A stretch of DNA of 64,000 bases, from assembly GCA_020853585.1 (NCBI GenBank), contig JADYYQ010000135.1, forward strand, positions 16,691 through 80,690, written 5' to 3'. Made by a program: the position numbers and the translations under genes. Below, in pieces: positions 1 to 10,004 of this stretch (positions within the stretch are counted from its first letter, which is position 1; every line of letters starts with the position of its first letter). This DNA comes from Ottowia sp. Its GTDB lineage: Bacteria; Pseudomonadota; Gammaproteobacteria; Burkholderiales; Burkholderiaceae. The notes below the pieces were generated by a model that saw only the letters and a program-made list of their open reading frames with translations, was not told the origin of the DNA and searched no databases.

Positions 1-398
1 TATCAAACCACCCTTTGCATCATCTGTTAGATACATTCCTCAACAAGTAGTTCACTTTAAAATCGCTTTATTAGGCCCTCCACATCACCACCCCCAACCA
101 TATCGCGCATATATCAACAATTTTAATATTTTTAAATTTGCCACTTAATAGAAGGTGCGATCACTATTAAATATATGGGAGATTAACGAGCGATATCAAA
201 CAACGCGTGACATCTCATATCTATCTTGCTCTTGGCATACCACCAATGTATCGATGTTCAAGCCAAGGCGTACCACACGCAAATGTAAATCAGCAAACAC
301 CATCAGACGATAAATACATCGCATTACACCATTATCAGCGTGACACACTATGCGATCTCATTTGATTGCCCTATGTGTCTATTAAATTAAGTTATTTT

Positions 399-2663
399 TT
401 ATTGCGTCACCGACTTACTCGCCACGGCATCTTGATTTTTATGCGCGGCGAGTAAGCTGGCAACATGATGATGTAAACGCGCAATTTCCTCATGCAAAGC
501 GCGAACCAGCGTTTTATCGGCCTCACTCAAAGCAAGCGAAGAGGATCGTAGCGATGTCGACAAATGCGTTAATGTCAAAAGAGAAGGTTGTAAATCCTGA
601 GACAGCGTAGCCAATAAAGTATGACGTAATCTTTCTGATTCCATACGGACTAACGCATCTTGTGCCACCTCAATATAATGAACACGCTCTAATGCAATCG
701 CAGCGAGTGCGGCAAACGTATCCAGTTGCTGCCTTTGCTCTGGTATTAAAATCCAACGCCGATTTTCGGGAATAATGGCCAACACACCTCGTGTGCGCAT
801 TGGCGCTACCAAGGGCAAATAAAAAAGCGGACTACCCGGTAGCGTATCCGTCCCCATCCCAGCTGAACTCGCATGATCAAAGGCCCATTGCGCAATACCG
901 ATATCGAGTAAATCATCAGCGCCCTTTGCTGCCGTATCTGTTTTTCCCGGTATAAATTGCAAGCTCCCGGCATCATCAGGCAATAACAATGTTGCGCGCA
1001 CAGAAAAAGTACGTGCAATAAAGGTACGTGTAATTTCAAATATCTGCTCGGTTTTTAATACACCGGATAATTCACGAGCAAACTCATAGAGTGATCGTGT
1101 TTGATTTTCGCGATGACGTGCAACACGTGCTTGATAACGCAAACTCGCTGTTAAGTGACTTGCTACCAGCCCCACAATTAACATCACCATAAACGTCGCT
1201 AAATAAGGCGTGCCGGCGATCGCAAAAGAAAAATGCGCAGACATAAATACAAAACTAAACGCCGCAACCCCAACACAAGTTGCTGCCATGGCAGGCCCGC
1301 GACCCAAGCGTACGGCAATTAACACCACCATCAATAGAAATAACATGGCCGTGTTCGTCAGATGTATCACGGGCAAAAATGGAATAAGCGAAAACGTCAA
1401 TGTCAAACTAATCAACACCGCTACGATATAACGCCGATAACGTGGCGCGCGGCGGGCTATCGGCCCACGCAAGCTATCAAGGGAAGTGGTCGCATTGATC
1501 GGCTCATGCCCCAAAGACGGATCAATCGCATAACCCATTTCGATAAGATCAATATCCGGTGCATTTGTCGCAATACGTTTGTGATGCGAGCGCCGCCATG
1601 GCCACCTGCGCTTACTGCGCCCCAAAATAATTTTCGAAAAATTATGGCTACGCGCATAATCAATCGCTGCTAAGGCCACATCGTTAGCCGACAACACAGC
1701 TGTTGTTGCGCCTAAATCTTGTGCAAGTTTGAGTGTTTTTAAAATCCGCTCACGTTGCATCGAAGGCAATCGTTGTAATTGCGGCGTCTCAATGTAAATT
1801 GCCTGCCATGTCGCATTTAGCTGATGCGCTAAACGTGCCGCGCTACGCACCACATGATCCCCATGAAGACTGGGGCCAACACATACTAATAATGCCGCAT
1901 CGGTTTGCCATACGGTATTAATTGATTTTTCAACGCGATAAGCTTGCACATCATCTTCGATACGCTCAGCAGTACGACGAAGTGCCAGCTCTCGCAAGGC
2001 AATCAAATTACCCTTGCGAAAAAAGTGATGGGCTGCACGCTCCGCTTGTTGTGGCGGATATATTTTTCCTGCTTTTAAACGTGCCAATAATTCTTCCGCA
2101 GGAAGATCAACAAGCACTACTTCATCGGCTTGATTAAAAACGGTATCAGGTAAGGTTTCAGAAACACGAATACCGGTAATTCCACCAACCGCATCATTTA
2201 AACTTTCAAGATGTTGCACATTGACCGTGGTAAATACATCAATGCCCGCCTCGAGCAATTCTTCTACATCCTGCCAGCGTTTAGGATGCCGTGATTGCGG
2301 CGCATTGGAATGCGCTAACTCATCAATCAAAATTAATTGCGGGCGACGAAGAAGCGCGGCATCAATATCAAACTCATAAATGACGCGATCCCGATACGTT
2401 ACCGCTTTGAGCGGCACCACATGTAAGCCCTCTACCAACGACGCTGTTTCGCCTCGTCCATGTGTTTCAACAATACCCACCACCACATCGCAGCCCTCTG
2501 TCTGCAATTTACGCCCCGCATTCAACATTGCGCAGGTTTTTCCTACCCCCGCAGACGCGCCAAAATAGATGCGCAATTTTCCACGCGATGCACGCTTTGC
2601 TTGTGCTTGCATTTGCGCCAATAACGCATCCGGATCGGGTCGTTGATCATCATGTGGATACAT
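399..2663 (-). CDS. kdpD: KdpD-family K+ sensor, degenerate. The N-terminal KdpD/Usp region, TM block and GAF-like region are present. The H-box His is replaced (SQDLQPS) and there is no HATPase_c domain.
   Basis: 754-aa ORF. The N-terminus RGKLRIYFGASAGVGKTCAML matches the KdpD P-loop region. A hydrophobic block spans aa ~405-510. The gene lies next to kdpC. The ORF ends 66 aa after the H-box-like ERLRHTLLATLSQDLQPSLL. Confidence 0.85.
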   Translation of the reverse strand: MYPHDDQRPDPDALLAQMQAQAKRASRGKLRIYFGASAGVGKTCAMLNAGRKLQTEGCDVVVGIVETHGRGETASLVEGLHVVPLKAVTYRDRVIYEFDIDAALLRRPQLILIDELAHSNAPQSRHPKRWQDVEELLEAGIDVFTTVNVQHLESLNDAVGGITGIRVSETLPDTVFNQADEVVLVDLPAEELLARLKAGKIYPPQQAERAAHHFFRKGNLIALRELALRRTAERIEDDVQAYRVEKSINTVWQTDAALLVCVGPSLHGDHVVRSAARLAHQLNATWQAIYIETPQLQRLPSMQRERILKTLKLAQDLGATTAVLSANDVALAAIDYARSHNFSKIILGRSKRRWPWRRSHHKRIATNAPDIDLIEMGYAIDPSLGHEPINATTSLDSLRGPIARRAPRYRRYIVAVLISLTLTFSLIPFLPVIHLTNTAMLFLLMVVLIAVRLGRGPAMAATCVGVAAFSFVFMSAHFSFAIAGTPYLATFMVMLIVGLVASHLTASLRYQARVARHRENQTRSLYEFARELSGVLKTEQIFEITRTFIARTFSVRATLLLPDDAGSLQFIPGKTDTAAKGADDLLDIGIAQWAFDHASSAGMGTDTLPGSPLFYLPLVAPMRTRGVLAIIPENRRWILIPEQRQQLDTFAALAAIALERVHYIEVAQDALVRMESERLRHTLLATLSQDLQPSLLTLTHLSTSLRSSSLALSEADKTLVRALHEEIARLHHHVASLLAAHKNQDAVASKSVTQ

Positions 2664-2918
2664 ACATTACCTAGATGAAAATCCAAAGACAGAAATACAT
2701 GGCGCACACCACTCAAAAAATGCCCCAGGCTCACCTCTATAAATAAATCACCACCCTCATGTTATGCCTTATCACCGACAAAACCACAAGGTACTTGTTT
2801 CTCTTCAAAAAGCGCTGCATACCTCACAGCACATCTTAAAAAAGCGGTCTCCAAAAAATGCCTAAACACGTCCTTGCATTACGACCATATCAAGAAATAT
2901 CGCGTGCTAAAAATCACT

Positions 2919-3491
2919 TTAATGATGCGCATCTAAGGCAAGATTAAGTGCCAGTACATTAACGCGGGGTTCTCCCAAAAAGCCCAGATAAGGGCGATGA
3001 CTATGTTGATCAATTAAACGATGGACCTCTTCGTAGCTTAACTGCCGCTGCCGCACAATACGACCCACTTGGTAAATCGCTGCCGCCACACTAATATCAG
3101 GATCTAAACCGCTAGCAGAAGCGCTTACTAAATCAACGGGAATCGGCGCAGCATGACTCGGGTCTGCAACTTGCAATGCATGTATGCGTTGTTTGATTGC
3201 CTCTACCAATGCCGGATTAGTCACGGCTAAATTACTACCCGTAGAGGCGAGGGGATTGTTAGGCATCGGCGTAGTTGCCGAAGGACGCCCCCAAAAATAG
3301 CGAGGGGAAGAGAAGGATTGCCCTATCAACAATGAACCAATCGGTTGTCCTGCACGAAACAATAAGCTACCCGCTGCTTGTTTTGCACAACACAATTTAC
3401 CCACCGCCGTTACCAAAAGGGGATACAGCACGCCACATAACAAAGTAAGCACAATAAATAAAGTAAGGGCAGGGCGTAATGTTGATTTCAT
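2919..3491 (-). CDS. kdpC: K+-transporting ATPase subunit C
   Basis: 190-aa ORF with an N-terminal TM helix, immediately downstream of kdpB in a kdpFABC arrangement. Confidence 0.9.
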   Translation of the reverse strand: MKSTLRPALTLFIVLTLLCGVLYPLLVTAVGKLCCAKQAAGSLLFRAGQPIGSLLIGQSFSSPRYFWGRPSATTPMPNNPLASTGSNLAVTNPALVEAIKQRIHALQVADPSHAAPIPVDLVSASASGLDPDISVAAAIYQVGRIVRQRQLSYEEVHRLIDQHSHRPYLGFLGEPRVNVLALNLALDAHH

Positions 3492-3501
3492 CTCACATTT
3501 C

Positions 3502-5613
3502 CTAGATAAGGTTTAACAAAGCAAGCGCAACATCAATACATTTGATGCCGATAAAAGGCACCACGATGCCGCCCAAACCATAAATCAGCAAATTACGGCG
3601 CAACAATAAATCTGCACCGACCGCGCGATATTTCACTCCTTTGAGCGCCAGCGGAATCAACACCACAATAATTAAGGCATTAAAAATAATGGCCGACATA
3701 ATTGCCGAAGAAGGACTGGATAAATGCATAACATCAAGTGCCTTTAATTGCGGATAGGTGGTAACAAATGCTGCAGGAATAATGGCGAAATATTTAGCAA
3801 TATCATTGGCAATCGAAAATGTCGTCAATGCACCTCGCGTCATCAGCATTTGCTTACCAATTTCAACGATCTCAAGTAGCTTAGTTGGATTGGAATCAAG
3901 ATCTACCATATTGCCTGCTTCTTTGGCCGCTTGTGTACCCGAGTTCATCGCCACGGCCACATCGGCTTGTGCCAAAGCAGGTGCATCATTCGTCCCATCG
4001 CCCGTCATCGCTACCAAACGACCTTGCTGTTGATAGCTGCGAATTAACTTAAGTTTTTCTTCCGGCGTAGCCTCCGCTAAAAAATCATCCACGCCCGCTT
4101 CTGCTGCAATGGCGGCAGCAGTGAGATGGTTATCGCCGGTAATCATCACGGTTTTAATACCCATACGACGCAAAGCAGCAAAGCGCTCTTTAATGCCTCC
4201 TTTTACAATATCTTTTAGCTCAATCGCACCCATCACCTTGCCATCATCGACAACAACTAAAGGGGTACTACCACGCCGCGCCATATCATCTACAGTCTGT
4301 TTGACTTCATTGGGAAAAACTTTTCCTAATGACTCAACATATTTTTTAATCGCTTCAGCCGCACCCTTACGAATCGCACGTTCACCTATATCAATACCGC
4401 TCATTCGTGTTTGCGCACTAAACGGCACAAAGCTTGCATGCAAGGTATTCATTTCTCGCTCGCGAATATTAAAACGTTGCTTAGCAAGCACCGCAATGCT
4501 ACGTCCTTCCGGTGTTTCATCGGCAAGTGATGCCAACTGCGCCACATCGGCTAACTGCGCTTGCGTCACACCCGGTGCCGCAATAAATTCAGCAGCCTGA
4601 CGATTTCCCAATGTAATCGTGCCCGTTTTATCTAACAGCAACACATCAACATCCCCTGCAGCTTCAACTGCACGACCTGAAGTGGCAATCACATTCGCTT
4701 GCATCATCCGGCTCATCCCTGCCACCCCGATAGCAGAAAGTAAGCCACCAATCGTAGTGGGGATTAAACAGACTAATAACGCCACAAGAACGGTGATTGA
4801 AATCGGCGCACCTGATTGTGCCAGCGCCACAGAAAATATCGAGAAAGGTAATAGGGTGGCGGTCACCATCAAAAAAATAAGCGTCAATGCAATCAATAAA
4901 ATGGTCAGTGCAATTTCATTGGGCGTTTTTTGTCGCTTCGCGCCTTCGACCATCGCAATCATACGATCAATAAATGCTTCACCCGGATTAACGGTAATAC
5001 GGACAATAAGCCAATCGGACAAGACACGTGTTCCCCCTGTCACCGCAGAAAAATCACCCCCCGATTCACGAATCACCGGCGCTGACTCCCCCGTAATCGC
5101 GCTTTCATCCACTGACGCCACGCCTTCTACCACTTCACCATCGGCAGGAATAACATCGCCCACCTCAACTAAAACCGTATCGCCTTTACGTAATTGCGTC
5201 GCTGATATTGCTTTCCAAGCACTGCCATACAAACGCGTGTTTTGCGTTGCACTACACGCTATTTTTTTCGCGCTCACGGTTTGCTTAAGCGCACGCAGCG
5301 ATGCCGCTTGTGCCTTACTGCGCCCCTCAGCAAGGGCCTCCGCAAAATTTGCAAATAAAACCGTAAACCAAAGCCATAGTGTGATTGCAAAAATAAACTG
5401 CGCTGGTGTTTCGCCTACACTCACCCAGGCTTGTATACATAAAAGCGAAGTGACCATACTTCCCACGTAGACCACAAACATAACAGGACTGCGCCACTGA
5501 ACACGTGGATCCAATTTTTTAAATGCATCAAGCATGGCTTGCCAAATCAAAGTGGTATCCACTAAATGATGGGCAGATGCATGCGCGGTATTTTTAGTAT
5601 TTGACGTTGTCAT
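3502..5613 (-). CDS. kdpB: K+-transporting P-type ATPase subunit B
   Basis: 703 aa. Carries the P-type ATPase motifs [13 protein letters not shown] and [21 protein letters not shown]. Confidence 0.95.
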   Translation of the reverse strand: MTTSNTKNTAHASAHHLVDTTLIWQAMLDAFKKLDPRVQWRSPVMFVVYVGSMVTSLLCIQAWVSVGETPAQFIFAITLWLWFTVLFANFAEALAEGRSKAQAASLRALKQTVSAKKIACSATQNTRLYGSAWKAISATQLRKGDTVLVEVGDVIPADGEVVEGVASVDESAITGESAPVIRESGGDFSAVTGGTRVLSDWLIVRITVNPGEAFIDRMIAMVEGAKRQKTPNEIALTILLIALTLIFLMVTATLLPFSIFSVALAQSGAPISITVLVALLVCLIPTTIGGLLSAIGVAGMSRMMQANVIATSGRAVEAAGDVDVLLLDKTGTITLGNRQAAEFIAAPGVTQAQLADVAQLASLADETPEGRSIAVLAKQRFNIREREMNTLHASFVPFSAQTRMSGIDIGERAIRKGAAEAIKKYVESLGKVFPNEVKQTVDDMARRGSTPLVVVDDGKVMGAIELKDIVKGGIKERFAALRRMGIKTVMITGDNHLTAAAIAAEAGVDDFLAEATPEEKLKLIRSYQQQGRLVAMTGDGTNDAPALAQADVAVAMNSGTQAAKEAGNMVDLDSNPTKLLEIVEIGKQMLMTRGALTTFSIANDIAKYFAIIPAAFVTTYPQLKALDVMHLSSPSSAIMSAIIFNALIIVVLIPLALKGVKYRAVGADLLLRRNLLIYGLGGIVVPFIGIKCIDVALALLNLI

Positions 5614-5622
5614 ACCACTCCT

Positions 5623-7428
5623 TTACCGGGCAAAAAGTTGTAGGTGCTCAACGATCGGGCCCAACGCAAGCGCGGGCACATAATTTAAAACCCCCACTAA
5701 CACAACCGTACCAATTAATAACGCGATAAATAACAAACCATGTGTTGGCATCGTACCGGTGGTCGTGGGTAATCTTTTCTTTGCCGCTAATGCGCCTGCA
5801 ATGGCAAGAATAGGCACAATCATTGCAAAACGCCCAAACCACATAATCAATCCAAGTAATGTGTTGTAGAAGGGCGTATTTACGGATAAACCCGCAAATG
5901 CACTGCCATTGTTATTCGCTGCTGAACTAAACGCATATAAAATTTCTGAAAACCCATGCGCCCCTGGATTGGCAATCCCCATTTTTCCGACATCAAACAT
6001 CACCGCCAATGCCGTGCCCACTAAAACTAAAGTGGGTGTAATCAAAATGGTGATGGAGGTCATTTTCATTTCAAATGACTGAATTTTCTTGCCGAGGTAT
6101 TCAGGCGTACGACCAACCATTAACCCAGCAATAAAAACAGCCAAGATCGCGAAGATCAACATGCCATATAAACCCGAACCCACACCCCCAAACACAACTT
6201 CGCCCAACTCAATGAACACCAAAGGAATTAGTCCACCCAAGGGCATAAAAGAATCATGCATTGCATTGACCGCACCACAGGAAGCCGCGGTCGTTATTGC
6301 CGCAAATAAAGCTGAAGCACTGATTCCAAAACGCGTTTCTTTACCTTCCATATTGCCGCCCGACTGCAATGCATGAGCCGATTGATCAACCCCCAAGGCT
6401 TGTAATGCAGGATGTGCTTGTTGTTCCACACTTAAAACAACCAACGTTAATACTGTAAAAATAATCGTCATCGCGCCTAAGATCGCCCAACCTTGACGCA
6501 TATCACCCACCATGCGCCCAAAAGCAAAACACAAGCCCGCAGGAATAATAAAAATCGCCAGCATCTGAAAAAAATTCGCTAAAGACGTCGGATTTTCATA
6601 CGGATGCGCTGAGTTGGCATTAAAAAATCCACCGCCATTTGTACCCAACATCTTGATGGCTTCTTGAGAAGCAACGGGCCCCATCGCTAATGTTTGCGTC
6701 GTCGCCGTCAGCCTCTCCATCAGAGGCTGACCCTGCGCATCGTGTAAGACTTGACCCGCAGCCCCCATCTTTGGCTGTGTATAGGTCACAGGATCCATTA
6801 AGTGCACATCCTGATAAGACGAAAAATTTTGAATAACGCCTTGCCCCATCAAAAAAATCGCAAAAACAAAAGACAAGGGCAATAACACATACAAAGTGGT
6901 ACGCGTTACATCCACCCAAAAATTACCGATCGTCGCGCATCCATGCCCGGTAAACCCCCGGATCAACGCATAAGCGACAGCGAGACCGGTGGCGGCTGAA
7001 AAAAAATTTTGTCCCGTTAACGCTAACATTTGCGTTAAATAACTCATCGTCCCTTCACCGCTATACCCTTGCCAATTGGTATTACTCGCAAAACTAATCG
7101 CCGTATTAAATGCTGAGTCAGGGCTAACATTTGCCAGTGCCTGCGGATTAAGGGGCAGCCAAACTTGTACACGCTGCATAACATAGACAAATACAACGCC
7201 CAGCGTATTAAAAATAAGCAATGAAAATGCATAATGCTTCCATCCCATCGCAGTCTGTGCATTTACACCCAGCAAACGATAAAGCCACTGCTCAACTTTA
7301 GCTAACCATCCAAGGCCGGGAATGGGTAAAGACTCGCCCACCTTTGCCAAATAAAGCCCCATGGGATAAGCCAATGCAAGTAAAACCAGTAAATACACCA
7401 CAAGTAAAATGAAAGATTGCATGATCAT
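5623..7428 (-). CDS. kdpA: K+-transporting ATPase subunit A
   Basis: 601-aa polytopic membrane ORF upstream of kdpB. Its start codon overlaps the kdpF stop (TAATG). Confidence 0.95.
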   Translation of the reverse strand: MIMQSFILLVVYLLVLLALAYPMGLYLAKVGESLPIPGLGWLAKVEQWLYRLLGVNAQTAMGWKHYAFSLLIFNTLGVVFVYVMQRVQVWLPLNPQALANVSPDSAFNTAISFASNTNWQGYSGEGTMSYLTQMLALTGQNFFSAATGLAVAYALIRGFTGHGCATIGNFWVDVTRTTLYVLLPLSFVFAIFLMGQGVIQNFSSYQDVHLMDPVTYTQPKMGAAGQVLHDAQGQPLMERLTATTQTLAMGPVASQEAIKMLGTNGGGFFNANSAHPYENPTSLANFFQMLAIFIIPAGLCFAFGRMVGDMRQGWAILGAMTIIFTVLTLVVLSVEQQAHPALQALGVDQSAHALQSGGNMEGKETRFGISASALFAAITTAASCGAVNAMHDSFMPLGGLIPLVFIELGEVVFGGVGSGLYGMLIFAILAVFIAGLMVGRTPEYLGKKIQSFEMKMTSITILITPTLVLVGTALAVMFDVGKMGIANPGAHGFSEILYAFSSAANNNGSAFAGLSVNTPFYNTLLGLIMWFGRFAMIVPILAIAGALAAKKRLPTTTGTMPTHGLLFIALLIGTVVLVGVLNYVPALALGPIVEHLQLFAR

Positions 7429-7517
7429 TACAAATCCTCCGCATTGAGTAGCGCAATCAACAAGTACACCAACAGACCCAGCGTCACCATTCCCACCACG
7501 ACATAAAATGGCGTCAT
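7428..7517 (-). CDS. kdpF: K+-transporting ATPase subunit F (29 aa)
   Basis: Hand translation: [29 protein letters not shown]. The C-terminus resembles E. coli KdpF ...GYLVYALINAEAF. An AGGAGAG RBS lies 6 nt upstream. The stop overlaps the kdpA ATG. Confidence 0.8.
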   Translation of the reverse strand: MTPFYVVVGMVTLGLLVYLLIALLNAEDL

Positions 7518-7606
7518 GTTCGCTCTCCTAATTTTTGACATCCCAGCAAAAATGCCCAAGTGATGAGCAAAAATAAAACGATAACCCCGAGATAAAAAAT
7601 ATCCAT
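7514..7606 (-). CDS. Unannotated 30-aa hydrophobic micro-ORF translationally coupled to kdpF
   Basis: Hand translation: [30 protein letters not shown]. One predicted TM helix. The TGA stop overlaps the kdpF ATG (ACATGA). A weak AGGGA RBS precedes it. Confidence 0.35.
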   Translation of the reverse strand: MDIFYLGVIVLFLLITWAFLLGCQKLGERT

Positions 7607-8009
7607 CACATCCCTAAAAAGTTGATGAGCGCAGCGCAAAGACTATCTGAATAAGCTTAAAAATTTGATAAAGGCTGGAATAGCTTCATCATCATTGTGG
7701 GATCGTGTACAGCAGACACTTAAACTGGTGCTTTGCGCAACACATCATCAACGCTCGGTTACGTCAATATTATTTCGATCACTTAACAGCCCATATCCTG
7801 TGAAATGCTTTTGGCAAACGGACTTTTTCCAACAAAATTTATGCACGTTTTGAACAGACTAATAGCTACCTTGCCGAACCAAACTAGGACGTTATAAGAG
7901 GAGGAGGGGAGAGGGCTTAGGTGCAGCATCCACTTACAACAATAAGATGGATGCCACACCTACGCATTCGGGCAAAAAACCGTCAGCGTAAAAAATAAAT
8001 CAACGTAAC

Positions 8010-8729
8010 TTAAAAACGATAGCCAACGCTGAGATAGGTAACGATAGGACGAATTTTAATATTTGCTTCACTTGTCACAACCGTTTTAGTTGCAGTGGTC
8101 GTAGTGAGCTTTGCGGTTGTTTGTAATGGCAAATAAGAAACAAACGCGCCCGCATACCAACGGTCTGTAATCGCATAACTGGCACCCAGTGTAAACACAG
8201 GATTCCACGATGCATCCGCCTTCACATCCGTAGAGCTACCGGGACCGTAATTGTCTTTGGCAAATTGACTATTCGTTAACTGCCCATTAGTAAACCAAGT
8301 GTAGTTCACCCCAGCACCGACGTAGGGGCGAAAACGCTGTGTCGCCGAACCAAAATAATATTTCACCAACAGCGCCGGGCTCCACTGCTTTACGTTACCC
8401 AATTCGCCATATTTTTGTAGCGTACCTGTACCCGTGATGGTGTGACGTGGTGGCACGCCCGCAAAAACCTCACCCACAATATTGTCGGTAATAAAGTAAT
8501 TAATACCCAAACCAACCGTGTCAGCGCTTTCCACATTAGTGTGTGTGCCTGTTCTCACAATATTGGTCGGCGTACCGCCCACACTGGTCACGCGAAGAGG
8601 GTCGCTAGCGGTTTGTGGCGCAAGGTGTAACCACCCTGCCGTAACAAGAACGCTACCTGCACTTTGCGCACATGCTGCTGAAGCACAGAGCAAAATGGCT
8701 GCGGCTGTTATTCCATTTTTGTAAAACAT
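8010..8729 (-). CDS. ompW: OmpW-family outer-membrane beta-barrel protein
   Basis: Signal peptide MFYKNGITAAAILLCASAACAQS, alternating beta-strand pattern, C-terminal ...VGYRF. Start chosen at the Met behind a GAGGGGAAG RBS. Confidence 0.8.
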   Translation of the reverse strand: MFYKNGITAAAILLCASAACAQSAGSVLVTAGWLHLAPQTASDPLRVTSVGGTPTNIVRTGTHTNVESADTVGLGINYFITDNIVGEVFAGVPPRHTITGTGTLQKYGELGNVKQWSPALLVKYYFGSATQRFRPYVGAGVNYTWFTNGQLTNSQFAKDNYGPGSSTDVKADASWNPVFTLGASYAITDRWYAGAFVSYLPLQTTAKLTTTTATKTVVTSEANIKIRPIVTYLSVGYRF

Positions 8730-8861
8730 TGCTTCCCCTCTTTTAATTTTGAATAAGGTCGCAAGTGTAAGTGATAGCACTTATTTTTATTAAATGTAAT
8801 TTATGGTGAATATTAGGAACTCACTTCAATGTGCTTTTTGACTGAACCACACGGTCACACA

Positions 8862-10001
8862 CTAGGTCTGCACAAGACGACGATTGCGTGCAATGCTCAT
8901 TAAAATGCCTAAACCCAAGCCTTGCGTTACCATCGACGTACCTCCATAACTAAACAAGGGCAAGGGCACACCCACGACAGGAAGCAAACCACTCACCATC
9001 GCAATATTGACAAAAGCATAGGTAAAAGACACCAAGGTAATAGCCCCTGCTAGCAAGCGCTCAAATAGCGTTGCCGCACTTAATGAAATAGCCAAACCAC
9101 GAAACATCCATGCGGTAAATAATCCCAGCAAAATAATATTACCCAGCAAACCAAATTCTTCAGCAAAGACGGCAAAGATAAAATCGGTATGCTTTTCCGG
9201 AATAAATTCTAAGTGTGTTTGCGTGCCTTTTAACCAACCTTTACCAAACGGGCCTCCTGAACCAATTGCAATCACCGACTGAATCGTATGGAAACCTTTA
9301 CCCAAAGGATCGCTACTTGGATCAAGCAACATGCAAATACGATGCTTTTGATAGTCATGCAAAAATAACCACGAGCTATCTGAATCGCACATCCCACCGC
9401 CAAAACCGAGCAAAATACTAATGCAAAACAGTGCCACCCCTAACACCGTTAATACAATTGTCCACGATAGTCCCGCAAAAAAAATCACATAAATGCCCGC
9501 CGAAAACACCAGCAACGCAGTACCTAAATCAGGTTGACGCGCAATAAGCGCCACCGGTATCACCACTAAAATAATGGCGAGACAATAATCCCATATGCGC
9601 GTGAGGCCCTCGCGTTTTTGAAAGTACCACGCGAGCATAAGCGGCATTGCAATTTTCATAATCTCTGAAGGCTGCACAACAATACCAATATTGATCCAAC
9701 GTCGCCCACCTTTACGCACCAAACCAAACAAAGCAACTGCAATAATCAACGCTAAGCCTATTGTGTAAATTGGCACAGCCGCACGCATCAACGTTTGCGG
9801 TGACAGACGCGATACCGCCCACACCACAGCAAAAGCCAAACCAATATTGCGCAGCTGATCTTGTACTTTTCCCGGCATCTCTAAGCTGGCCGAATACAGC
9901 GTAATCAAGCCACAACCCAAAAGCAAACAAGTAATCAAAGCCAGCGGCCGATCAAAATCTGAAAATATCCAGCGCAGATAACGTAATAAGGCGATAAACA
10001 A
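8862..10001 (-). CDS. rodA: SEDS-family peptidoglycan glycosyltransferase RodA
   Basis: 379-aa polytopic protein directly downstream of mrdA in the mreBCD-mrdA-rodA cluster. Confidence 0.9.
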   Translation of the reverse strand: MFIALLRYLRWIFSDFDRPLALITCLLLGCGLITLYSASLEMPGKVQDQLRNIGLAFAVVWAVSRLSPQTLMRAAVPIYTIGLALIIAVALFGLVRKGGRRWINIGIVVQPSEIMKIAMPLMLAWYFQKREGLTRIWDYCLAIILVVIPVALIARQPDLGTALLVFSAGIYVIFFAGLSWTIVLTVLGVALFCISILLGFGGGMCDSDSSWLFLHDYQKHRICMLLDPSSDPLGKGFHTIQSVIAIGSGGPFGKGWLKGTQTHLEFIPEKHTDFIFAVFAEEFGLLGNIILLGLFTAWMFRGLAISLSAATLFERLLAGAITLVSFTYAFVNIAMVSGLLPVVGVPLPLFSYGGTSMVTQGLGLGILMSIARNRRLVQT

Positions 10002-10004
10002 TAT

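Noticed and set aside
4619-5470. 283-aa plus-strand ORF (with 4109-4600 and 3758-4033) antisense to kdpB
   Set aside because: It is the mirror frame of a strongly supported P-type ATPase gene. The translation is low-complexity (Ser/Ala/Thr/Pro/Ile-rich) with no motifs or RBS. The same reasoning applies to the other antisense ORFs in the track, for example 23963-24421, 26185-26568, 41477-41848, 42110-42430, 33562-33837 and 17603-17890.
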